From assembly GCA_964016885.1 (NCBI GenBank), contig OZ024743.1:262880001-262944000 (forward strand): DNA of 64,000 nt, given 5' to 3'. A program made the position numbers and the translations under genes. This document shows, piece by piece, positions 53,279 through 64,000 of this stretch. A model generated the notes under the pieces. The model searched no databases, had not been told where the DNA came from, and was given only the letters and a program-made list of their open reading frames with translations. Source of the stretch: Eledone cirrhosa (lineage: Eukaryota). Each line of letters begins with the position of its first letter. Within the stretch, counting starts at the first letter, position 1.

Positions 53279-53622
53279 TTCTTAAATTGCCAGTTCACCA
53301 GTTTCTCCATTTCAAATTACACCTATTTTTTTTTTTTATTGTATCTGAAAGAGTTGTTTATAATTTACAACCATAAAGCTGTTAGCTGGTATTAAAAGGG
53401 TTAGATTATTGATTGAAATATGTTTTTTTTTTTTTTTTTTTTACGAATAACCTATTTTTATGTATTTCAATATTTTTAACATTTGAAAATTTGTAGGGAA
53501 TATTGAAAAAATATTTTATTTAAATACACAATAGAGCAAAACAAAAGCCAGCAAATTGATATAACAAAAGAAAATTTTAATTTATAAAATGTTATAATTT
53601 TTCAACCATACTTTCCTTCTAG

Positions 53623-53702
53623 TTAAAAATCAGCATTTCCCAAGTTTTCATGTCTTTTTCACCAATAGTAATCAGGAGTAATTCCTATGAGTCAATGATA
53701 AA
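53623..53702 (+). pseudogene. Diverged duplicate of exon C (pseudo-exon or alternative exon)
   Basis: ataatttttcaaccatactttccttctag|ttaaaaatcagcatttcccaagttttcatgtctttttcacca aligns with ataatttttacaactttatttttcttgtag|ttaaaaatcaacacagctccagtgttcatgcattttccacca at exon C. Peptide LKISISQVFMSFSP vs [14 protein letters not shown]. Confidence 0.55.
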
Positions 53703-53920
53703 GTTTGGTTGCTTGGTTTGTTAGATATGACAACCATATCACACTTAACACTTAAAAAAAGAAAGCATACATTGAGCAATGTAGTTCTAGATGCAATATC
53801 TGATAATTGTTTCTACTTTAGGCACAAGGCCAGCAATAACCCAGTGCATTACTGGTACTTTATTTTATCGACCCCGTAAGGATGAAAGGCAAAGTCAACC
53901 TCTGATAATGTTTGTGTGTC

Positions 53921-53957
<37 letters not shown>

Positions 53958-54707
53958 TAGGGAATTTTGTAATAAATTTTACATCCTAGGTTGGCAGAGT
54001 GCTCATTCTGAGGGATGATTTGTAATATACAAAATTAGGTTAAATTAAGTGTTAAGTGTGATATGGTTGGCATTTTCATGTGGAATCCGTGTGTTTCGCT
54101 GGGGAATTATTTCCGCGGCTCATCAGTCTGACATCTTTGAAATGTATGTTGTAAAGATTAGAGTTCTACTAGGGAGTTCTTATGGAAGAGGAGAGAACTT
54201 GGGGTGTTCAGTTGCCAGTTATATAAGGTGGGGTGATAACTCTTATTTTGGCTTGTGTAAAATAGAAAGAGGTTGTTTAGGGTTTGGAAATCTATTATGT
54301 GGGCTGGAAAGATATACCTATTCAACAGATGAAAATGTGAATTTAACCTAATTCTGTATATATATATATATATATATATTTATGGTATGCGATATCACAG
54401 GACGGGATGGACATGCAACTCGTGTTTAAACATATCATCATCATAATATACTTTTTCTTGTGTAACCTCTTTTTAAATGCAAAATACTGTCTGCAGAAGC
54501 CATGCCAGCCTATGTTATGATTATGTAACTATGTGTAGACATCGCAGAAATATGCCTAGCGTAAATAAATTTAATTAATGTTCATTCATGTATATACTCA
54601 CACACACACACACATATAGAATGGTCACAGCTGGAATACTTTGATCATTAGTTTGTTCAATCAGGGCTACTTGAGCTCAACAATAACAATAGTATTTCAT
54701 ATTATTA

Positions 54708-56475
54708 CACCATGTAACAAAAAACATTTTTTTCTCTGTTCCTGGCTTGTAATCACTTTTTTTTGTGTTGCTTAGGTCCCAAATAAATTAAAAAAAGTGC
54801 TATTAAACAGTTAAAAGTTTGGGTTTGTAAAAATTCTAAGCTATTGACTAGAATTATTTGTATGCTGGATTTTACGTTGTATGTAAGTTTAATTTGCTTA
54901 TGTTAAATGATTTTTTTTATATATGTTTCAGGTTAAATTAAAATTATAAAATAAAGAGTAATACCTAAAGAAAATTATAAAAGTGCAATAAAGTATAAAA
55001 TTGTTAAAAAGTGGATTAAAGAGATTTATTGATACTGGGGTACCAGAAAAAGTTCCTCACTTCCCAAACCAAAAAGAAGTCAATACTTGGTCAGGGATAT
55101 GGGTCTAATCAAGTCCAATGCAGAGCTATTCATCTCCAGGAAGAAGCAGTGGAACTTGGTCAAGGAGGAAGTGCAGGTGACAAGTCAGAGAAGTTGACAC
55201 GAACCTTTCTCAGGCTTTTACACTCTTAGGGATGGCCTCTGCTTCTGCCATGACGTGCCTGGACTGTTTGACGTTATTGGGGTGCCGTTTGTGCCCAAGG
55301 AGTGGCAGCTATTTATAGACAGCTCCACCACAAGTTTGAAGGCTGTCCTCCTCCACAATGGAAACGAGTTCCTGACACTGCCCCTAGCTCATTCAGTCTG
55401 CCCGAAGGAAGATTACTACAGTGTGAAAGTCCTCTTGGAAGCTATGCAATACAACCAGTACAATTGGGAAATCATTGGAGACTTCAAGATGGTGGCTTTC
55501 CTGCTTGGACTCCAAGGAGTCTTTATCAAATTCCAATGCTTCCTCTGCCTTTGGGACAGCAGAGCCACCTCTGACCACTACAAAAGAAAGAACTGGGAGC
55601 AGCGAACAGAATTTGTAATTGGGACCCGGAACGTCATGTGGGAGCCACTGGTTGATCCCAGGATTGTGCTCATGCCGCCACTACACATTAAGTTGGGGTT
55701 GATGAAGCAGTTTGTGAAGGCTCTCCACCAAGAATCAGCCGCTTTTAAGTACCTTCTTGAGTTCTTCCCCAAGTTATTTGAGGCCAAAATCAAAGGTGGA
55801 ATTTTTGTTGGACCTCAGATAAAGAAAGTGTTTGAGTCTACTGAGTTCTCCAATAAGTTCAATAGGATTGAGAGAACAGCATGGAACTGTTTCAAGGCAG
55901 TTGTTAAGGGCTTCCTGGGCAACTACAGAGCTGAAAACTACCAGCAACTGGTGCAGGATCTGATAAAGGCTTTTGGCGCCATGGGATGCAGGATGTCGCT
56001 TAAACTCCATATGCTGGACGCTCACCTGGAAAAATTCAGAAGAACAAGGCGAACGATTCCACCAAGATGTGATAGAGCGGAGGTACCAGGGCCACTACAA
56101 TGAAAAAATGATGGGCGACTATATCTGGGGGCTAGTGCGGGAATGTGACCTGGACTACAACCGCAAATCCAGGAAATCCAGTAATTTCTGACGTGTATAA
56201 GTTGCTTTATAAGTGTTATTTGTTTTTACTTGTTTGCTTTTGATAAGCTTGTGTAATAAAATAAATATATACTCTGTTGATTTAATTATATGAACTGATA
56301 AATTTAAAATAAATGTGTTTTTTCTTGAAAAATATGAAAATTTCAAAATATCAAACTCCTGACCACAAACCCAAACTTCTGATTAAATAATAGTGCTTTT
56401 TTTTAATAATAATCGGATATAACAAACCAGGAAATGACACTTAGAACCGGGGAACAAAAAATGTTACACACAGTG
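54708..56475 (+). mobile_element. Chapaev3-like (CMC superfamily) DNA transposon, internally deleted
   Basis: Ends CAC...GTG with imperfect TIRs (caccatgtaacaa.. / ..tgttacacacagtg), subterminal inverted match aagtttgggtttgt/acaaacccaaactt, and TTA on both flanks (TWA-type TSD). Family name assigned from recalled features. Confidence 0.75.
55030..56191 (+). pseudogene. Disrupted transposase of the Chapaev3-like element
   Basis: EWQLFIDSS..SLKAVLLHNGN, IIGDFKMV, CFLCLWDSR, LMPPLHIKLGLMKQFVKAL in ORF 55255..56103; SEEQGERFHQD..MMGDYIWGL in a shifted frame (55973..56191). Confidence 0.8.
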
Positions 56476-56512
56476 TTATCAAATAATTTTTACAACTTTA
56501 TTTTTCTTGTAG

Positions 56513-56595
56513 TTAAAAATCAACACAGCTCCAGTGTTCATGCATTTTCCACCAAAAGGGAAACCAAGGAAAGGAGACACAATGGATATACATCG
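56513..56595 (+). CDS. TUSC3/MAGT1: TUSC3/MAGT1-like internal exon C (83 bp)
   Basis: Acceptor tttttcttgtag|TTA in phase 0, matching the end of exon B. Translates [27 protein letters not shown](R). Similarity stops at CG|gtatta, the presumed weak donor, so the 3' boundary is less certain. Confidence 0.88.
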
Positions 56596-57170
56596 GTATT
56601 ATTGCTACTTTCTACCATCACTACCATCATATATACACATCAGTATTATTGCTACTTTTTATCATTATATATATATATATATACCATTATATCATTATAT
56701 CATTATATTTATCATATATATATATATATAGCCGTGTAGGTAACACGGTAAAAAGTTCCCAGTTCCACACTGTAAATGTGGATGGTGTTAGGAAGGGCAT
56801 CCGGCCGTAGAAAACCTGCCAGATAGTCCTATATGAGCGACACACGGTCACCCGACCAGCCTTGCCTCAAGTGGGACAACTCCCATCTAACCCATACTAG
56901 TGTGGAAAATGGACGTTAAACGAAGATGATATATACACATCAGTATTATTGCTACTTTTTATCATTATATATACACATCAGTATTATTGCTACTTTTTAT
57001 CATTATATATACACATCTGTAGTATTGTTACTTTCTACCATCATGTATATACATCAGTATTATTGCTACTTTTTATCATTATATATATATATATACACAT
57101 CTGTAGTATTGTTACTTTCTACCATCATGTATATACATCAGTATTATTGCTACTTTTTATCATTATGTAT
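56585..57170. repeat. ~35-40-bp minisatellite starting at the exon C donor; continues at ~57525-57576, 59585-59650, 59905-60012 and 62378-62400
   Basis: Unit atatacacatc(a/t/g)gtattattgctacttt(t/c)ta(t/c)cat. Confidence 0.9.
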
Positions 57171-57521
57171 GGAGGCGCATGGCTTAGTGGTTAGAGCATT
57201 GGCCTTGCAATCGAAAGGTTGTGAGTTCAATTCTCAGACCGGGCAATGTGTTGTTTCCTTGAGCAAGGCACTTTATTTCACATTGCTCCAGTTTACTCAG
57301 CTGTAGAAATGAGATGATAGGGACTGGGGTCCATATCATTCCACTACAAAGTAGCCGTGGAGGTGCCACGACAAAAAAGCACCCAGCACTCACTGTAAAT
57401 GAGGTTGGTGTTACGAAGGGCATCCAGCTGTAGAAATCAAGCCAGAATCAGTTCCCGTCCCACCCTTGCAAGCAGGGAAAAGCGGATGTAAAATGGTGAT
57501 GATGATGATGATGATGATGAT
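57171..57521 (+). mobile_element. SINE family 1 copy
   Basis: ggaggcgcatggcttagtggttagagc...(GAT)n. Confidence 0.88.
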
Positions 57522-57576
57522 TCACATATTCACATCTGTATTATTGCAACTTCTACCATCATATATATATACATCT

Positions 57577-59586
57577 GGTAAGGCGGCTGGGCCTTCGGAA
57601 ATAGTTGCTGAGATGCTGAAGGCATCTGGCACGGTGGGACACACCATGGTCACCCGCATAGTTAACCAAGTCGTACAGAATGGGGTTGTTCCGAAGGACT
57701 GGCATAGCAGCATCATCGTTAACTGTTATAAGGGTAAAGGAGACGCCCTAGATAGGAGTAACTATAGAGGCATTAAATTAATCGACCAGGTCATGAAGGT
57801 CACGGAAAGAGTAATAGCGCAACTAATCAGAGAGAGAATTGACCTAGATGAAATGCAGTTCGGGTTTGTGTCAGGCAAAAGTACCACAGACGCTCTTTTC
57901 ATAGTACGACAACTACAGGAGAAGTACCTAGCTAAAGGTAAACCCCTCTACTTAGCTTTTGTCGACTTGGAGAAAGCCTTCGACAGAGTCCCCCGCTCCA
58001 TTATCTGGTGGGCTCTTAGAAAACTAGGCGTTGACGAATGGCTTGTGAGGGCTATACAAGCCATGTATAAAGAAACAGTCAGCAAGGTTAGAATTAACAA
58101 CGAATATAGTGAAGAGTTTAGCGTAAAAGTTGGCGTCCATCAGGGCTCTGTTCTCAGTCCACTACTATTTATTATTGCCCTTCAGGCTATAACAGAGGAG
58201 TTCAAGACAGGCTGCCCATGGGAACTCCTATACGCAGACGACCTGACACTCATAGCGGAATCAATGGCCGAGCTAGAGAAGAAATTCCAAACATGGAAGC
58301 ACGGCCTAGAGTCAAAAGGACTTAAAATTAACCTGGCTAAGACCAAAGTACTAGTTTGTAGGAAAGAAAACAAGGCGGCGGTCCCTTCTGGGAAATGGTC
58401 GTGCTCGGTGTGTAGGAAAGGCGTAGGTAGAAACTCCATTTTATGTCCTAAATGCAAAGTATGGGTGCATAAAAGATGTAGTGGGATCACAGGTAAGCTA
58501 ACTAAGAACATAGATTTTACATGTGGCCGGTGCTCTGGTGCAATAAGTAGCAGCAAGTGCCCACAAACTACTAGCTCTTTCAATTGCGCAGAGGGTTCTA
58601 TAGAAATAGTGGACAGCTTCCGTTACCTGGGCGATAAAATCAGCAGTGGGGGAGGGTGCTCTGAAAGTACTGTAGCTAGAGTCAGAACTGGTTGGAAAAA
58701 GTTCAGAGAGCTTATACCACTATTAGCTGCTAAAGGGTTCTCACTAAAAATGAAAGGCAGGTTGTACGATGCCTGCATACGAACAGCAATGCTGCATGGC
58801 AGTGAGACCTGGGCATTGTGTGCAGAGGATATACGCAGACTAGAGAGGAACGAAGCTTGCATGCTCCGCTGGATGTGTAACAGTAATATACGTGAACGGC
58901 AAAGCATAAACGAACTAAGGAAAAAATTAGAGATAAGAGGGATCAGATGTTGTTTACTCGAGAGAAGGCTACGTTGGTATGGACACGTGATGCGCATGAA
59001 AGTCGATAGCTGTATAACAAAGTGCAGGGCAATAAAGATAGACGGTAGTCACGGAATAGGCAGACCTAGAAAAACCTGGGACGAGCTGATAAACTCCGAC
59101 ATCACACACTTACACCTCTCCAAGACAATGTCACTGGACCGAGACCTTTGGCGGTACTCAGTAACAGAGAAGACCCGCCTTACCTAAATATATAGTAAAA
59201 CCTACTCCAGCCAGTAGGCATCTCTAACAAAATACACCCCGTCCCACCACCCCCACCCCCACCCGATCCACACCACCCCGTTCTATGTAAAGTTATGTTG
59301 GTGCCGCGCCATCGAGGCCGAAACAAATGAGATCGTGTAGGTGTCACGACAAAAAAACACACAGTCCACGCTGTAATGTGGCCGTGTAGGCAACACGGTA
59401 AAAACCTCCCAGACCCACACTGTAAATGTGGTTGGTGTTAGGAAGGGCATCCAGCTGTAGAAAACCTGCCAGACAGTCCTATGCGAGCAAGACAATCACT
59501 CTTGCCTCAAGTGGGACTACCCCCGTCCAAACCCATGCAAGCGTGGAACACGGACGTTAAACGTTGATGATGATGATGATGATGAT
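57577..59586 (+). mobile_element. Young 5'-truncated RTE LINE (RT-PHD-C-terminus open)
   Basis: From GKAAGPSEIV onward the ORF 57466..59187 is nearly identical to the family protein; 3' UTR and (GAT)n tail; inserted in a minisatellite with 'atctg' at both junctions. Confidence 0.93.
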
Positions 59587-59664
59587 CTGTATTATTGCTA
59601 CTTTTTATGATTATATGTACCGGTATTATTGCTACTTTCTATCATTATATATATATATAATGAT

Positions 59665-59849
59665 AGGGCGGTGGATTGGCAGTATCAGTAGAGGGTCGGA
59701 CGCCATGCTTTCCAGCATAGTTACGTCCCTTTACGATCTGAGTTCAAATCCTGCCAAGGTTGACTTTGCTTTTCATCCTTACGGGGTCGATAAAATAAAG
59801 TACCAGTAATGCACTGGGTAATTGTTGGCCTTGTGCCTAAAGTAGAAAC

Positions 59850-59853
<4 letters not shown>
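59665..59853 (+). mobile_element. SINE family 2 (tRNA-like head; central ttcatccttacggggtcgataaaataaagtaccag; ATT-type tail)
   Basis: B box gagttcaaatcc; central block resembles Meta/Sauria-type SINE domains (from recall). Other copies at ~15912-16106, 23386-23578, 23589-23700, 51885-52057, 52202-52385, 53805-53902 (all -) and 62403-62595 (+). Confidence 0.8.
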
Positions 59854-59899
<46 letters not shown>

Positions 59900-60014
59900 C
59901 ATTGTTTATTATTGCTATTTTCTGTCATCATATATACGTATATATATATATACTCATCATCATCATCAAGCGGACGTAAAATGATGATGATGATTATTGC
60001 TACTTTTTATCATT

Positions 60015-62366
60015 CATCATCATCATCATCATCATCATCGTTTAACGTCCGTATTCCATGCTTGCATGGGTTTGGACGGGAGTTTTCCCACTTGAGGCAA
60101 GAGTGGTTGTCTTGCTCGCATAGGACTGTCTGGCGGGTTTTCTACAGTTGGATGCCCTTCCTAACACCAACCACATTTACAGTGTGGGGCTGGGAGGTTT
60201 TTACCGTGTTGCCTACACGGCCACATTACAGCGTGGACTGTCTGGCAGGTTTTCTACAGCTGGATGCCCTTCCTAACACCAACCACATTTACAGTATGGG
60301 ACTGGGACGTTTTTACCGTGTTGCCTACACGGTCACATTACAGCGTGGACTGTGTGTTTTTTTTTTTCGTGACACCTACACGATCTCATTTGTTTCGGCC
60401 TGGATTTTGTGGCACCAACATAACTTTACATTGAAAGGGGCGGTGTGGATGGGGTGGGACGGGGGTGTATTTTGTTAGAGATGCCTACTGACTGTAGTAG
60501 GTTTTACTTTGTATTTAGGTAACGCGGGTCTTCTCTGTTACTGAGTACCGCCAAAGGTCTCGGTCCAGTGACATTGTCTTGGAGAGGTGTAAGTGTGTGA
60601 AGTCGGAATTTATCAGCTCGTCCCAGGTTTTTCTGGGTCTGCCTACTCCGTGGCTACCATCTATCTTTATTGCCCTGCACTTTGTTATACAGCTGTCGTC
60701 TTTCATGCGCATCATGTGACCATACCAACGTAGCCTTCTCTCGAGTAAACAACATCTGATCCCTCTTATTTCTAATTTTTTCCTTAGTTCGTTTATGCTT
60801 TGCCGTTCGCGTATATTACTATTACACATCCAGTGGAGCATGCAAGCTTCGTTCCTCTCTAGTCTGCGTATATCCTCTGCACACAATGCCCAGGTCTCAC
60901 TGCCATGCAACATTGCTGTTCGTATGCAGGCATCATACAACCTGCCTTTCACTTTTAGGGAGAACCCTTTAGCGGCTAATAGTGGTATAAGCTCTCTGAA
61001 CTTTTTCCATCCAGTTCTGACTCTAGCTACTGTACTTTCGGAGCACCCTCCCCCACTGCTGATTTTGTCACCCAGGTAACGGAAGCTGTCCACTATTTCT
61101 ATAGAACCCTCTGCGCAGTTGAAAGAGCTAGTATTTTGTGGGCACTTGCTGCTACTTATTGCACCAGAGCACCGGCCACATGTAAAATCTGTGTTCTTAG
61201 TTAGCTTACCTGTGATCCCACTACATCTTTTATGCACCCATACTTTGCATTTGGGACATAAAATGGAGTTTCTACCTACGCCTTTCCTACACACTGAGCA
61301 TGGCCATTTCCCGGAAGGGACCGGCGCCTTATTTTCTTTCCTACAAACTAGAACTTTAGTCTTAACCATGTTAATTTTAAGGCCTTTTGATTCTAGGCCG
61401 TGCTTCCATGTTTGGAATTTCTTCTCTAGCTCGGCCATTGATTCAGCTATGAGCGTTAGGTCATCTGCGTATAGGAGTTCCCATGGGCAGCCGGTCTTGA
61501 ACTCCTCTGTTATAGCCTGAAGAGCAATAATGAATAGTAGGGGGCTAAGAACAGAGCCCTGATGGACACCAACTTTTACGCTAAACTCTTCACTATATTC
61601 GTTGTTAATTCTAACCTTGCTCACTGTTTCTTTATACATGGCTTGTATAGCTCTCACAAGCCATTCGTCAACACCTAGTTTTCTAAGAGCCCACCAGATA
61701 ATGGAACGGGGGATTCTGTCGAAGGCTTTCTCCAAGTCGACAAAGGCTAAGTATAGGGGTTTACTTTTAGCTAGGTACTTCTCCTGTAGTTGTCGTACAA
61801 TGAAAAGAGCGTCTGTGGTACTTTTGCCTGACACAAACCCAAACTGCATTTCATCTAGATCGATTCTCTCTCTGATTAGTTGCACTATTACTTTTTCCGT
61901 GACCTTCATGACCTGGTCGATTAATTTAATCCCTCTATAGTTACTCCTATCTAGGGCGTCTCCTTTACCCTTGTAACAGTTAATGATGATGCTGCTACGC
62001 CAGTCCTTCGGAACAACCCCATTCTGTATGACTTGGTTTACTATCCGGGTGACCATGGTGTATCCCACCGTTCCAGAGGCCTTCAGCATCTCAGCGACTA
62101 TTTCCGAAGGCCCAGCCGCCTTACCCGTCTTCATATCTTTGATCACCTTACTTATTATACTACCTTCAACTAACACTGCTGGTCCCTCTATTGGATCGAT
62201 CTGGGGGAGACTATCCTTCTCCCATTTATTCTCCTCATTTAGTAGCCTCTCGTAGTGACACTTCCAAGCGACCTTCTTATCAGCGTCAGTGATGGCGAGT
62301 ACGCCATCATCATTTAGTACACACTTCTCCCCAACAATATCACGGTCTTCCCTTGACACATTGCCT
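60015..62366 (-). mobile_element. Young 5'-truncated RTE LINE
   Basis: ORF 60515..62359 (614 aa) nearly identical to the family protein; 3' UTR with a duplicated module; (CAT)n tail on +. Confidence 0.93.
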
Positions 62367-62909
62367 ATATATATATATATACATCTGTATTATTGCTACC
62401 TTAGGCATTGAATTGGCAGTATTAGAAGTGAGTCGGATGCCATGCTTTGCAGCACAGACTTACGGTCCTTTGCAGTTTGAGTTCAAATCCCATGGAAGTT
62501 AACTTTGCCTTTCATCCATACAGGGTCGATAAAATAAAGCACCAATAATCCACTGGGATAATTGCTGGCCTTGTGCCAAAAGTAGAAACAATTATATATA
62601 TTTAAATAAATCCAGCAATTTAAATAAATACTTACACCTCATTACCTGGACCAATTGATTTTGACCCCTGAAAATATCTGCCAATTACAAGTAGAAATTG
62701 ATTATTAGCAAATCAGGACCAGGGGTACTTCTCAAGAAGTAGTTCCAATAATAGCCAAAAATTCTCATCATGTCTATACTAAGGTGAAGCCGTGTTTGAT
62801 AGTAGCTGATAAGAATAGGCTATTAGGGAGGTTTGGTGGAAGGATGCTAAAAATAGCAGCACTTCGCTCAGCCAATCAGAACAACTCAACCCATCAAATC
62901 ACGGTATCA

Positions 62910-63624
62910 AGAAAGGCAGACTGTATGATGCGTGTATACGAACAGCAATGTTACATGGTAGTGAGACCTGGGCGCTGTCTGTGGAATACCTGCATGCTCC
63001 AATGGATGTGTAATAGTAATATACGCAAACGGCAAAGCATAGAGTCTGAGCATAAGAGGAATCAAATGCTGTATGCAGGAGAGGCAGTTGCGTTGGTATG
63101 AACATGTGATACGTATGAAGGATGACAGCTGCATAAAAAGGTGCAGAGCATTAGAAGTCGATGGAAACCGCGGAGTGGGGAGACCCAAGAAGACCTGCGA
63201 TGAGGTGGTAAAAGCCGACCTTACCCAATTACACCTCTCAAAGGTGATGAGACATGACTGTGACCTCTGGCGTCACGCAGTAATACAGAAGACCCGACCC
63301 CCCACGGGTACAAGCCGAAGCTGAAGCATATAGACAATATGCCCCCACACCCTCCCACTGCAAAGTGGTTGTGGAGGTGCCACGGCAAAAAAGCACCCAG
63401 TCCACACTGTAAAGTGGACGTGTAGGCACCACGGACAAAAAGCACCCAGCACCCACTGTAAATGAGGTTGGTGTTAGGAAGGGCATCCAGCTGTAGAAAT
63501 CAAGCCAGAATCAGTTCCCTTATGAGCAAGGCATGGTCAGCCGACCGGCTACTGCCCACAACAGGACAACCCGTCTAACCCATGCTAGCGTGGAAGAACG
63601 GACGTAAAACGGTGATGATGATGA
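62910..63624 (+). mobile_element. 3' fragment of the second RTE family
   Basis: Homologous to 42729-43475 (QERQLRWYEHVIRMKDDSC...), same 3' UTR and tail. Confidence 0.85.
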
Positions 63625-64000
63625 AACATTGGTATTATTTTCTATCTTCATATTATGTCAAAAACTGAGTGTGCTATTTCAAAGACTAGGGGGGAAAAAA
63701 GAAGAAAGGTGCCTTCTTATGGGCTAAATTTGTTGATTCTGGATTTGTACATATCTTTTTTCCAATTATATTTAAAAACAGTCTGAAGTTTAGTCTGTGC
63801 CAAGAGTCTCGAAAATCAGTGGCAGACTTTATTTGGTCCTAGTGCCAGTATCTATTTATCAGTTGTTCACACCAATTGACTTTATTTGGTCTTAGTTTTA
63901 GTTGGTGTCATGCTGCAAAGCAGAGAAACCAGAAAAGTACTGTTGTCATCATTATTTTTGCTTTCCATTATGACATGGATTGGATGGGTCCTTACTGTCC

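Noticed and set aside
57171-57245. tRNA-like sequence with A and B boxes
   Set aside because: Head of a multi-copy SINE, with no proper acceptor stem.
57466-57576. N-terminal extension of the 573-aa ORF
   Set aside because: Chance in-frame read-through of a SINE tail and minisatellite into a truncated LINE.

Overview
AT-rich, microsatellite-dense animal DNA; the repeat content suggests a coleoid cephalopod such as Octopus (inference). The window is mostly intronic. Three + strand coding exons (24372-24541, 31385-31502, 56513-56595) splice in frame into the thioredoxin-like CxxC domain of an OST3/OST6-family oligosaccharyltransferase subunit (TUSC3/MAGT1). The introns hold one near-full-length and many truncated RTE-clade LINEs with (GAT)n tails, two tRNA-derived SINE families, a Tc1/mariner (maT-like) element, a Chapaev3-like element, two non-autonomous Helitrons, piggyBac-type MITEs, R4/Dong and Penelope-like fragments, and several minisatellites. 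Main leads: a C4HC3 PHD finger inside the LINE reverse transcriptase; about six hammerhead-ribozyme-like motifs, one in a tandem-plus-foldback unit near a Naiad-like GIY-YIG fragment; near-identical inverted LINEs flanking a 288-nt stop-free exon pair; a diverged duplicate of the third exon; and a minisatellite built from that exon's splice donor. All calls were made by eye, with no searches or folding computations.
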